IMG/VR virus record: IMGVR_UViG_2816332268_000002
Coordinates: 32,001-96,000 of that record
Source: a virus
Lineage: Duplodnaviria > Caudoviricetes
Strand: one strand, 5' to 3'
Length of the DNA: 64,000 bases
Shown here: one piece after another, positions 45,755-56,625 of the stretch
Position numbering within the stretch: the first letter of the stretch is position 1
Layout of the letters: each line of letters opens with the position of its first letter
Translations under genes and position numbers: made by a program
Notes under the pieces: model-generated
Databases searched by the model: none
The model's input: the letters and a program-made list of their open reading frames with translations, nothing else
Told to the model about the DNA's origin: nothing

Positions 45755-46190
45755 AACGAAGGTCAAAGACTACGCGCCGTCGCCCTGCGGCACGTATCAG
45801 GCTGCCAAGGTGAAAAAGGGCAGGGCGCTCTTCGGCGAGATCCGCAAGTATCCGAACGGGATGACGATCTATTGGGCATTCCGTAAGCCCGACGAGGTCT
45901 TCCTCGAGCTCGACGCGTGGGCGATCGACACCGAGACGATTCGTGTCATCAAGTCGAAAGGCTGCACGCACGTCGGTGTCCTCGTCACGAACGGGGATCG
46001 ATATCTGACCACCATCGAGCGCATGACCGACAAAGACGCGGGCGCTGTCGTTCTCAACTACAGCAACCACGTAGGGCGACAAGGCAAGGTCGGTGCGCGG
46101 CAGTGGTATTTGCCGCGCTCTCAGTTCGTCCAATCACTCGCGCCGGCGGAGGCAACGATCGACCTAATGCGGATTCGCGGGCGACGGTAG
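45744..46190 (+). CDS. phage hypothetical protein
   Basis: Operon-filling ORF, typical codon usage; start uncertain (45720 or 45744). Confidence 0.6.
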   Translation: MAGETKVKDYAPSPCGTYQAAKVKKGRALFGEIRKYPNGMTIYWAFRKPDEVFLELDAWAIDTETIRVIKSKGCTHVGVLVTNGDRYLTTIERMTDKDAGAVVLNYSNHVGRQGKVGARQWYLPRSQFVQSLAPAEATIDLMRIRGRR

Positions 46191-46191
46191 A

Positions 46192-46209
46192 TAAGTCGCC
46201 AGTGATCTA
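46192..46209 (+). promoter_or_regulatory. degenerate phage box TAAGTCG-CCAG-TGATCTA (TACAAT at 46215)
   Basis: Partial consensus match, intergenic. Confidence 0.55.
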
Positions 46210-46252
46210 TTTGATACAATTCACCATTGTCAATCAACACAAGGGAACGCGA

Positions 46253-46660
46253 ATGGTTTTAGCGTCCGCACTTTTGTGCCTGGCACTCAATGTGTATTAC
46301 GAGAGCCGCTCTGAACCCATCCTGGGCCAATACGCCGTTGCTGCGGTCACAATGAACCGCGCGGATGGCGACAAGAGCAAGGTATGTGAGGTCGTCACGA
46401 AGCCGCACCAGTTCAGCTGGACCACGCGCCGTGTTCGTCGCAAGGGCGATAGCTATACGCTGGTCAGGTCGGCTGCTCCGAAGGATGAGGAGGCTTGGGA
46501 AGTAGCGAAGAAGGTTGCGTGGCAGACCCTGCACGGTCACAAGATCGACGTCACGCATGGCGCCACCTTTTACCACGCGAACTATGTGCGCCCAGCTTGG
46601 AGGAAGGGGGTCAAGCGCTCAGCTGTCATCGGGAAGCATATTTTTTATACCCAAACATAA
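46253..46660 (+). CDS. SleB-like cell wall hydrolase (Hydrolase_2)
   Basis: CLALNVYYESRSE..GQ.AVA.V.MNR, QFSW, GATFYHA.YV.P.W, IGKHIFY. Confidence 0.9.
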   Translation: MVLASALLCLALNVYYESRSEPILGQYAVAAVTMNRADGDKSKVCEVVTKPHQFSWTTRRVRRKGDSYTLVRSAAPKDEEAWEVAKKVAWQTLHGHKIDVTHGATFYHANYVRPAWRKGVKRSAVIGKHIFYTQT

Positions 46661-46678
46661 GTCAGTAGTGACTATAAT
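46658..46678 (+). promoter_or_regulatory. phage box TAAGTCA-GTAG-TGACTAT fused to TATAAT
   Basis: Consensus match. Confidence 0.85.
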
Positions 46679-46724
46679 AAATTCGCAGCACCCGTATTCA
46701 ACCTACCAATACTCCAGGAACACC

Positions 46725-47231
46725 ATGAAGGCAACTTCGTTTCTCTCCTTTCTCTTCTGCATCGTGATGCTGCTCGCGTTTCCGTTTGCTCCGCTGATCG
46801 GGGCACATCAGGCAGGCGCCGAGAGCTTCGCCGCGTATCTCTGCGGCTGCGTCGCGGTTCTGTCGATCGTCCGCATGTTCGCCCGCGGTGGCGTCAAGGC
46901 GATCGAAGTTCCCGCGCCGGGCTTCCGCAGATATCTGTCGGTCCTGTATCGAATGCTCGATGCGGTGCTGTTCCTGACGCTCGCCTACCACGGTCACTTC
47001 GTTGTCGCCTCGCTCGTCGGGATCGTCTTGACGATGCAGTTGAGTGCGCTGTTCGTTGTGATCGGTATCGAGACGGACATCAAGGAATCGTTCCGAAAGG
47101 GCATTCCGGAATTCAACGACGTGCAGGGTGAATCCGGCCTGACCGTGACCGGCCAGAACCCGATTACCGGTGCGGATACGCGCATTTCGACGGTGAATCC
47201 GGGCTCGATACCGCAAGCCCAGCCGGCATAA
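46725..47231 (+). CDS. multi-pass membrane protein
   Basis: CAGGAA RBS; about 4 hydrophobic segments. Confidence 0.65.
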   Translation: MKATSFLSFLFCIVMLLAFPFAPLIGAHQAGAESFAAYLCGCVAVLSIVRMFARGGVKAIEVPAPGFRRYLSVLYRMLDAVLFLTLAYHGHFVVASLVGIVLTMQLSALFVVIGIETDIKESFRKGIPEFNDVQGESGLTVTGQNPITGADTRISTVNPGSIPQAQPA

Positions 47232-47246
47232 GCCAGCACGACTGAG

Positions 47247-47271
47247 AACCGGGGCCGAGCGCCCCGGTTTT
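47247..47271 (+). terminator. probable rho-independent terminator
   Basis: AACCGGGGC-N5-GCCCCGGTT-TT. Confidence 0.7.
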
Positions 47272-47326
47272 GTATCCGCGTATCGAAATTCAGAATGCCC
47301 GCATGGGCGCAATCAACGAGGTAAAA

Positions 47327-48394
47327 ATGAAGCCATACGGCGTCATCAGCGATACACACAACCACAACTGGAACGCCTTCTCGCACGTCGACGGGGATCT
47401 GGTGAACAACCGCCTGAAGATGATCCTGGACGACACCGAGCGCTGCGCCCGTGAAGTGGCCGCTGCGGGCGGTGACACGGTCTACCACGGGGGCGATCTG
47501 TTCCACGTTCGCGGCTCGATCGAGCCGAGCGTGCTGAACCCGACGCGTGATCGCTATCAAGCGATTCGCGAGCAATACGGCGTGAAGTTCCGCCTGCTGC
47601 CCGGTAACCACGACCTCGAGCACCGCCATTCGAACCGCGTCGGGAACGCGGTCGAGGCGATGCGAAGCGATTGGGTCGAGGTTGACCATGAGGCGCAGGT
47701 CTATCACGAGCACAACGTCCTCATGGTGCCCTGGATCGAGCGGGTCGAAGACCTGAAGGCGGCACTGTTGACGCAGCGTGACAACCTGCTGATTGCCGGC
47801 CACGGTGACCCGTCGAACTTCGACCTCATCATCCACGCGCCGATCGACGGCGTCATCGCCGGGCTGCCGGATCACGGGCTGACGGGCGAATGGCTCGCGG
47901 ATCTGGGATTCAAGCGCGTGTTCTCCGGCCACTATCACAACCACAAGGAAATCGTGCCGGGCAAGGTCTGGTCGATCGGCGCGCTGACACACCAGACGTG
48001 GGGCGATGTCGGCTCGAAGGCCGGCTTCCTCGTCGTGACCGAAAACGAGGTGAAGTGGCACAGCACCAATGCACCGGAGTTCGTCGACATCGAAGCGGGC
48101 ATGGACCCTGTCGAAGTGCAGCTGCGGTGTGACGGCAATTACGTCCGCGTGAAGGTCGTCGACGCGAAGCCGTCCGAGGTGTCGGCGATCCGTGATGCGC
48201 TCATGAAAGCGGGCGCGCTGGGCGTGCAGGTCAACGTGGTGAAGTCGGCCAGCACGACTCGCGCTACGGCAAGCACCGTGAAAGCGGGCGCGTCGGTCGA
48301 GGTGTCGGTGACGAGCTACATCAAGGGCGGCAGCTTCGAGCACGCCGATCTGGTGGCTCAGGAAGCAATCAAGGTTCTGGCGGAGGCTCTCTAA
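47327..48394 (+). CDS. sbcD: SbcD/Mre11-like nuclease
   Basis: ISDTH, GGDLFH, PGNHD, FSGHYH metallophosphoesterase motifs. Confidence 0.9.
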   Translation: MKPYGVISDTHNHNWNAFSHVDGDLVNNRLKMILDDTERCAREVAAAGGDTVYHGGDLFHVRGSIEPSVLNPTRDRYQAIREQYGVKFRLLPGNHDLEHRHSNRVGNAVEAMRSDWVEVDHEAQVYHEHNVLMVPWIERVEDLKAALLTQRDNLLIAGHGDPSNFDLIIHAPIDGVIAGLPDHGLTGEWLADLGFKRVFSGHYHNHKEIVPGKVWSIGALTHQTWGDVGSKAGFLVVTENEVKWHSTNAPEFVDIEAGMDPVEVQLRCDGNYVRVKVVDAKPSEVSAIRDALMKAGALGVQVNVVKSASTTRATASTVKAGASVEVSVTSYIKGGSFEHADLVAQEAIKVLAEAL

Positions 48395-50359
48395 ATGGAT
48401 TTTCTGAAACTGCGTGCGGTCAACTTCCTGACGCTGGGCGACACAGGTGACATGCCGCTCAAGGACCGCGGTCTGATCGCGATCATGGGCGAGAACAAGG
48501 ACGACTCGTCGGCGAAATCGAACGGTTCGGGCAAGTCCTCGATCGCTGACGCGTTGTGCTGGGCGCTCTTCGGGACGACGGCCCGTGGCGAGTCTGGGGA
48601 CTCGATCATCAACCGGAAGGCTAAGAAGAACACCTACGCCGCGGTGACCGTGCAGGATGGCGAGTCCATCTACGAGATCCGTCGCCACCGCAAGGATAAG
48701 CAGTTCAAGAACGGGACGACCATCACGGTCTGGAACCCGGCCGATCACTACTTCAACAGCGGCGCAGGCGAGCGGATCGAGAAGGGCACCGAGAAGGAGA
48801 TCCAGGCTCAGATCAACGAAATCGTCGGCTGCACCTACGAGGTGTTCAAGGCGGCGATCTATGCCGGGCAGGAGGATATGCCTGATTTGCCGAAGATGAC
48901 CGACAAACCGCTCAAGATGCTGATCGAGAAGGCGGCCGGCATCGAGCGTCTCGAGAAAGCCTACGAGATTGCGGGCAAGAAGCGGGATGCCGCGGTGGCG
49001 GCTGTCGAGTCGTCGAAGAAGCAGATCGAGAACGCCGAAGCCCACATCATCAACTGGAAGGTGTCGCTTCAGCAGGCGGAACAGCAGCACGCTCAGTTCG
49101 AGGCCGCGCGGCCGGACGTGCAGAAGGGGTGGGTCGAGCGTCAGGATGCGATCGCAGATGCGATGCGCAAGAACTTTACGACCTATCAGAACATGAAGGA
49201 GCCGGAGCTGATAGCGGAGCGTGATTCGCTCCAAGCGCAGCTGGCCGACCACAACAAGCTCCTTCAGCAGCGTGACGCGCTGATCCGCGACGAGAACAAC
49301 GCGCGATCCGAGCTGCGAGTGGCGCAGGCAGAGTTGGGTGCGATGCGGACCAAGGTTGTCACGTTGACCGATGCGATCAAGAACGCGCCGGAAGCGATGT
49401 CGAAACCGTGCGGCGAGTGCGGCAAGCCTCACACGCCGGACGAGCTGGACACCTTCATCACGCATCAGAAGACGAAGGCAGCCGAGGTCGCGACGGAATA
49501 CCAGGCAAAGCGCGCTGAGGTCGATGCGCTGGAAGCAAAGGTCACGGCGGCCAGCAAGGCGGTGACGGACTTCGCAGCGACGATCCCGGACGTGTCCGCG
49601 GTGTCGGCGCGCGTCGCGGACCTCAATTCGCACATCGGCTCGGCGCAGCACCTGAAGAGTGTCCTGCAGCAACAGAAGACCGAGCACGACCGTTGCTCGA
49701 CCCAAGCTGCGGCTGCGCTGACGGCGGTCAATCCCCACCAGTCGGCCGTCGACATGGGCAAGCAGCAGATCGAAGCGCTCGAGAAACAGGTGGCAGACGT
49801 CAAGGCGGCGCAGGCACCGCTTCTGCAGGCGGCCGAGGTCGCGGAGAGCGTCGTGAAGGTGTTCGGGCCGGCGGGCGTGCGCGCTCAGATCCTCGATACG
49901 GTGACGCCGTTCCTGAACGACCGCACGTCCGATTACCTGTCGGCTCTGTCGGACGGGAACATCAGCGCGGTCTGGTCGACGCTCGCGAGCACGACGAAGG
50001 GCGAGGCCCGCGAGAAGTTCCACATCGACGTGGAGAACGCAGAGGGAGCGGACAACTTCGGCGGGCTGTCGGGCGGTGAGAAGCGCAAGGTTCGACTCGC
50101 GACCATGCTCGCGCTGCAAGACCTCGTGGCATCCCGCGCTGCCAAGCCCATTTCCCTGTGGGTTGGTGACGAAATCGACGACGCGCTCGACAACTCGGGC
50201 CTCGAACGCCTCATGACCGTGCTGGAGCAGAAGGCGCGGGAGAAGGGCACGGTCCTCATCATCAGTCACGAATCACTGTCGGATTGGTGTGACCAGACTG
50301 CGACCGTCACGAAAAGCGGAGGCGTATCGACGGTATCGGGGGCGCTGTGTCACGCGTGA
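48395..50359 (+). CDS. sbcC: SbcC/Rad50-like ATPase
   Basis: NGSGKSS, coiled coil with CGEC hook, LSGGEK, DEIDDALD, ISH. Confidence 0.92.
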   Translation: MDFLKLRAVNFLTLGDTGDMPLKDRGLIAIMGENKDDSSAKSNGSGKSSIADALCWALFGTTARGESGDSIINRKAKKNTYAAVTVQDGESIYEIRRHRKDKQFKNGTTITVWNPADHYFNSGAGERIEKGTEKEIQAQINEIVGCTYEVFKAAIYAGQEDMPDLPKMTDKPLKMLIEKAAGIERLEKAYEIAGKKRDAAVAAVESSKKQIENAEAHIINWKVSLQQAEQQHAQFEAARPDVQKGWVERQDAIADAMRKNFTTYQNMKEPELIAERDSLQAQLADHNKLLQQRDALIRDENNARSELRVAQAELGAMRTKVVTLTDAIKNAPEAMSKPCGECGKPHTPDELDTFITHQKTKAAEVATEYQAKRAEVDALEAKVTAASKAVTDFAATIPDVSAVSARVADLNSHIGSAQHLKSVLQQQKTEHDRCSTQAAAALTAVNPHQSAVDMGKQQIEALEKQVADVKAAQAPLLQAAEVAESVVKVFGPAGVRAQILDTVTPFLNDRTSDYLSALSDGNISAVWSTLASTTKGEAREKFHIDVENAEGADNFGGLSGGEKRKVRLATMLALQDLVASRAAKPISLWVGDEIDDALDNSGLERLMTVLEQKAREKGTVLIISHESLSDWCDQTATVTKSGGVSTVSGALCHA

Positions 50360-50928
50360 TCCCGTTCGGCGCGACGGCGCCGACTGCGCCCACCCATTCA
50401 ACGAAGGCTCCGACGCTCGACGGGATTGTTGCGGCGATGGAGAAGCTGAAAGCCACTAGACACGATGGTGTAGAGCTTGCAGCTAAGGAGAAGCAACAGA
50501 TGGAAGACAAGCAAGCACAGGCAGTGAAATTGGCCGCGATGTTTTGTGACGAGGCTCGACGGGTATTCCAACCCGCAGACGGCTTCAAGCTATCCGGGCC
50601 GGCGACGCTGACGATCAAGACGCGTCAGGGGCAATACAAGAAGAAGGCATTCATTGGCGACGAGGCGTTCTCGTTCTCGTCGGCCTACGCGGGAAAGCGT
50701 GGCGACGTGATTGGGGTGTTCAAGTCACGTGTGCCGGTCGACTGGTCGTTTATGGAAATGCCGATCAACGAAGCGTGCGACAGCCTGAATGGCTTCAGGG
50801 CGTTCGCCGACTCATGCGCGGGCGGCAGCATCGGCGAGGCAATCGAAAACATGGACGCAGCGGTCGTTGCCGCGAAGGCGGCTGAGCGCAGTGCTCAGAT
50901 GGCCGACCCTGCGTTCGCAAGCTGGTAA
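50347..50928 (+). CDS. phage hypothetical protein ending DPAFASW
   Basis: Overlaps the sbcC end; typical codon usage. Confidence 0.65.
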   Translation: MSRVIPFGATAPTAPTHSTKAPTLDGIVAAMEKLKATRHDGVELAAKEKQQMEDKQAQAVKLAAMFCDEARRVFQPADGFKLSGPATLTIKTRQGQYKKKAFIGDEAFSFSSAYAGKRGDVIGVFKSRVPVDWSFMEMPINEACDSLNGFRAFADSCAGGSIGEAIENMDAAVVAAKAAERSAQMADPAFASW

Positions 50929-50948
50929 CTCACTCAGAAGGAATCACC

Positions 50949-51530
50949 ATGAGCAGCATCATCAAGGTGGCGGGACTGGACCCGTCAATGAGCAACTTCG
51001 GGGTCGCCCTTGCGGACCTTGACGTCGACAGCATGGAGCTGAAGGTCATCGACCTGATCCTGATCGAGACGGAACCCGACCAGACCAAGCAGGTCAAGAA
51101 GGTGTCGGACGACCTGCGGCGGGCGTATGAGGTGCGTGAGGGCATGCTCAAAGCACTGCAAGGGCGCGCGCACGTCGCGTTTTCTGAAATCCCGCTTGGC
51201 AGCGCCGCCAAATACAACAACGCGATCTTCAACGCCGGCTTCGTCATCGGCGTGCTCGCGAGCTGTCCGATCCCGATCATCGAGGTCTTCCCGATGGACG
51301 TGAAAATGGCTGCAGTGGGGCACCGGCAAGCCGCGAAGGAGGAAATGATCGAGTGGGCGGTCACGAAGTATCCGACTGCACCCTGGAAGACCCGCACGCT
51401 GCGCGGTAAGCCCGTGCTCACGAAGAGCAACGAGCACCTGGCGGACGCGGTTGCCGCGATTCATGCGGGCATCGAGACGCGGGACTTCGAACAGATGATC
51501 GCGATGCGTCGCTCGTTACTCGCCGCTTAG
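50949..51530 (+). CDS. RuvC-like Holliday junction resolvase
   Basis: AGLDPSMSNFG, SEIP, AAKEEMI, EHLADAVAA. Confidence 0.85.
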   Translation: MSSIIKVAGLDPSMSNFGVALADLDVDSMELKVIDLILIETEPDQTKQVKKVSDDLRRAYEVREGMLKALQGRAHVAFSEIPLGSAAKYNNAIFNAGFVIGVLASCPIPIIEVFPMDVKMAAVGHRQAAKEEMIEWAVTKYPTAPWKTRTLRGKPVLTKSNEHLADAVAAIHAGIETRDFEQMIAMRRSLLAA

Positions 51531-52747
51531 AGCAGGTCGTGACCGTCGGCGTATGGGTCGTCGTCTTTGGGGTCTGGTGATAGCCCGAGCAGGTCGATCG
51601 CTTCATCCATGAGATCAGGATCGACCTGCGATACATATCGCGAGAACAGGAACATGTAAAACTCGTTTACATCGTTGTCTGAAATAATCCAGCCGACCTG
51701 ACTGTTATCGATAGCTGCTCGAAACAGCTTGGTCACTTCATCAGCGGTGAAGCTATCCCTAAATTTATTGAGTGTTGGAATCAGTGAATGTGTTGTGGCA
51801 AACGAACCGCTTGCTTGAAGCGCCGCAATCGCTGCAATCTTTGCGGCCTGTTGCTCTGGACTAAGCGCCACCAACTCCGGCTGAATGTAGTCATTCCTTG
51901 CCTGCTCCGCAGGCTGGTCTACTTCGACTTGAACGGGTTGGTTTGCTTCTCGATTCTCAGGTTGTGCGAGCTCTTCCGCAGGCTGCTCGGCCGGTGCTTG
52001 CTGCGCAGCCTGATTCGCCAGTGTTTTCTTGTAGTGCTTCAGTAACGCCTTGATGCTGTCGAATGTATAAAGGTTCGATTTGCCCTTAAAATGTGCCCAT
52101 TCTCGCTTCAAGAACGGATTTGGATAGGGCATGCCGCGTTCGTCTTTTCCATCGAGCGCAGACACGAAATCGCCATCTTTTGTGACGACGTAGAGGTCCT
52201 CATCGGGCAATCTGCTGAGAAGCATTTCCCAATTGTATTGATCTCCGACGCTTCCGGGCTTGCCCGGTGGGTTGCCCAACTCCGCGCGCAATCGTCCTTT
52301 TGCGAGGATGGCCGGATCATGATTGTGATATTTCGCAGCGTCAAAAATCAGCTCGAGCTTCCTGTCGACGTCAAGCTGGAACGAGCGAGCCTTTGCTAGT
52401 GACTCTGCAATCAAATGGTCGCGCGCTCGCTTCGCTTCATTTGTGGCATCGATGTATGACTTAGCCATCGCTAGACCCTGCATGTGACGCGGAATCTCGC
52501 TCGAAAAGAAATTCTTCTGGAACTCCTTGGCTGCTGCGCTGAGGCGAGCCTCGCGATTGCGTTCCAATTCGTCGTCAACTTGTTCCGGGATGTGCAGAAT
52601 AATTCTGTCGTAGAACACCTCTTCGAGCAGCTCGTCAAGATCACGAACGTCATCTTTGGAGTGCTGGTAGAAGCTCAGATAGATATTGGTGTCGATGAAT
52701 AATTGCATCGCCATGGTTGTTCCATTCCCATTGTCAGCGATCGCCAC
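51527..52747 (-). CDS. PIN-like domain protein (DUF4935-type); likely start 52714
   Basis: LFIDTNIYL, DELERNR, GDQYNWE.LL, VVTKDGDF; AT-richer, opposite strand. Confidence 0.75.
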   Translation of the reverse strand: MAIADNGNGTTMAMQLFIDTNIYLSFYQHSKDDVRDLDELLEEVFYDRIILHIPEQVDDELERNREARLSAAAKEFQKNFFSSEIPRHMQGLAMAKSYIDATNEAKRARDHLIAESLAKARSFQLDVDRKLELIFDAAKYHNHDPAILAKGRLRAELGNPPGKPGSVGDQYNWEMLLSRLPDEDLYVVTKDGDFVSALDGKDERGMPYPNPFLKREWAHFKGKSNLYTFDSIKALLKHYKKTLANQAAQQAPAEQPAEELAQPENREANQPVQVEVDQPAEQARNDYIQPELVALSPEQQAAKIAAIAALQASGSFATTHSLIPTLNKFRDSFTADEVTKLFRAAIDNSQVGWIISDNDVNEFYMFLFSRYVSQVDPDLMDEAIDLLGLSPDPKDDDPYADGHDLL

Positions 52748-52838
52748 TATTTTGCGGGAAGTGGTCGAGTGTTGGTCTAGCCTGACTATACTTCAAAATG
52801 GGCGTCGAGCAGGGCGCTCATTTTTTTGCTCTGGATGA

Positions 52839-52856
52839 TAAGTTGGTAGTTACTTA
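52839..52856 (+). promoter_or_regulatory. phage box TAAGTTG-GTAG-TTACTTA overlapping TATCAT
   Basis: Consensus variant upstream of nrdA. Confidence 0.65.
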
Positions 52857-52893
52857 TCATCAGGACCTTCCTTCACCACCAAACAGATACAGC

Positions 52894-55155
<2,262 letters not shown>

Positions 55156-55201
55156 CCCAGAAGGGCCGGGCAACCGGCCCTGTTCGACTCCCAAAGTGAA
55201 C

Positions 55202-56194
55202 ATGAGCAACCACGCACAAATCATCAACGATCGCCGACTGGCGTTCGGTCCCCGCAGTGACCTGATGGCGATCTCGCCCGCAAAGCACAAGTGGGCGCGC
55301 GACCTCTGGCGGAAGATGAAAGCCAACAATTGGGATTTGCACGAAACCGACCTCACCGATGACGGTCCGTGCTATCGCAATCGACTGACCGAGGGCGAGC
55401 GGTTCGCTTACGACAGCGCGTTGTCGTTTGCGTCGAACCTCGACGGCATTCAGCTGCACAACCTCGCGAACATCGAGGCGTGCATCACTAGCCCGGAAGT
55501 CGAAATGTGCATCAAGCGCCAGATGTATGAGGAGGCCCTGCACGTCGACGCCTACAGCGAAATGGTGGAGACGGTGTCGGCTGACCCGATGTCGGTCTAC
55601 ATGCGCTTCGAACGTGACGGGATGTTGGCAGCCAAGAACGAGCACATTCTGCGTCAGGCCCGCATCCTCGCCGGCGAGAAGACGCCCGCGCAGTTCGCCC
55701 GATCGATCGTCGCCAACGTCGCGCTCGAGGGCATTTACTTCTACAGCGCGTTCCTCGTCTTCTACGCACTCGCACGCAACGGGAAGATGATCGGCTCGGC
55801 CGACAGCGTGAAGCTGATTCACCGCGACGAGCGGACGCACCTGGACCTGTTCGCGAAGATGCACGAAACGATGAAGCAGGAACGCCCGGAGCTCTACGAC
55901 GCTCAGTTCTACCGCGATGCCGAGCTGCTGCTGCGCGACGCGGTAGAGCTCGAATCGAAGTGGGGCGCCTACATCACGAGCAAGGGCGTGCTGGGCCTCA
56001 CCGCGCCGATCGTGGCCGGCTTTCTTCAGGAGCGCGCGAATGAGTGCGCGAAGCTCATCGGCATGCCGGAACTGTATCCGGGCGTGAAAACGCCGGTGCC
56101 GTGGTTCGTGCCGTTCTCCCAAGGCGAGGAGGTCAACTTCTTTGAGGGGAAGGTGGCCGACTACGCGGTGGGGACGCTGACGGATTGGGACTGA
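55202..56194 (+). CDS. nrdB: ribonucleotide reductase class Ia beta subunit
   Basis: EEALHVDAY, LEGIYFYSAF, IHRDERTH, NFFE...Y. Confidence 0.96.
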   Translation: MSNHAQIINDRRLAFGPRSDLMAISPAKHKWARDLWRKMKANNWDLHETDLTDDGPCYRNRLTEGERFAYDSALSFASNLDGIQLHNLANIEACITSPEVEMCIKRQMYEEALHVDAYSEMVETVSADPMSVYMRFERDGMLAAKNEHILRQARILAGEKTPAQFARSIVANVALEGIYFYSAFLVFYALARNGKMIGSADSVKLIHRDERTHLDLFAKMHETMKQERPELYDAQFYRDAELLLRDAVELESKWGAYITSKGVLGLTAPIVAGFLQERANECAKLIGMPELYPGVKTPVPWFVPFSQGEEVNFFEGKVADYAVGTLTDWD

Positions 56195-56217
56195 ATCCCT
56201 CATTTTGTCGCTAAAAA

Positions 56218-56238
56218 TAAGTAAGCACCGACTATACT
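56218..56238 (+). promoter_or_regulatory. phage box TAAGTAA-GCAC-CGACTAT fused to TATACT
   Basis: Consensus match. Confidence 0.8.
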
Positions 56239-56244
56239 AGATCG

Positions 56245-56412
56245 TGTAACTCTCGCCCTAACAGCGGGATTCGCCGCCGATAGTCGGTCCATCGACGCGA
56301 ATTGAGAATCAAGGTCGGGCGCTATGCCCGACCCAACCTGAAGTCATTGAAACCGTTTCGATATCGAGTAGCGCACCGGCGCCCGTCTCCGGTAGCGGCC
56401 TCAATGCCTTCA
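56245..56412 (+). ncRNA. candidate structured leader/ncRNA
   Basis: Three stem domains: 56269-74/56297-302, 56313-20/56326-33, 56339-50/56401-12. Confidence 0.45.
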
Positions 56413-56429
56413 CCACACAGGAGAAACAC

Positions 56430-56615
56430 ATGCCGAAGGGGCGAATCACCGTCACGTTCGACTACGACATCCACCCGCAGCACTATGACGGGTGCAACAC
56501 GCCGCAAGAAATGGTCGCGATGGACGCTGCCGGCTACGACCAGCAGCCGGACATGCTTCTCGAGGCGATCGCATCGTCGAGCTACGCGGTCACCGGCACG
56601 GTCGTCGAAGAGTAA
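56430..56615 (+). CDS. small acidic hypothetical protein
   Basis: CAGGAG RBS, 61 aa. Confidence 0.65.
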   Translation: MPKGRITVTFDYDIHPQHYDGCNTPQEMVAMDAAGYDQQPDMLLEAIASSSYAVTGTVVEE

Positions 56616-56625
56616 GGAGGGGCGA

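Noticed and set aside
46994-50269. 1091-aa minus-strand ORF (likewise 4533-6374, 52873-54654, 28225-29604, 62475-63827)
   Set aside because: Antisense shadows of well-supported plus-strand genes
56250-56355. Twister or hammerhead ribozyme (CCTAACA..CGGTCC; CTGAAG..GAAA)
   Set aside because: Conserved cores are incomplete (no CAAGC pseudoknot segment; CUGAAGU rather than CUGANGA)
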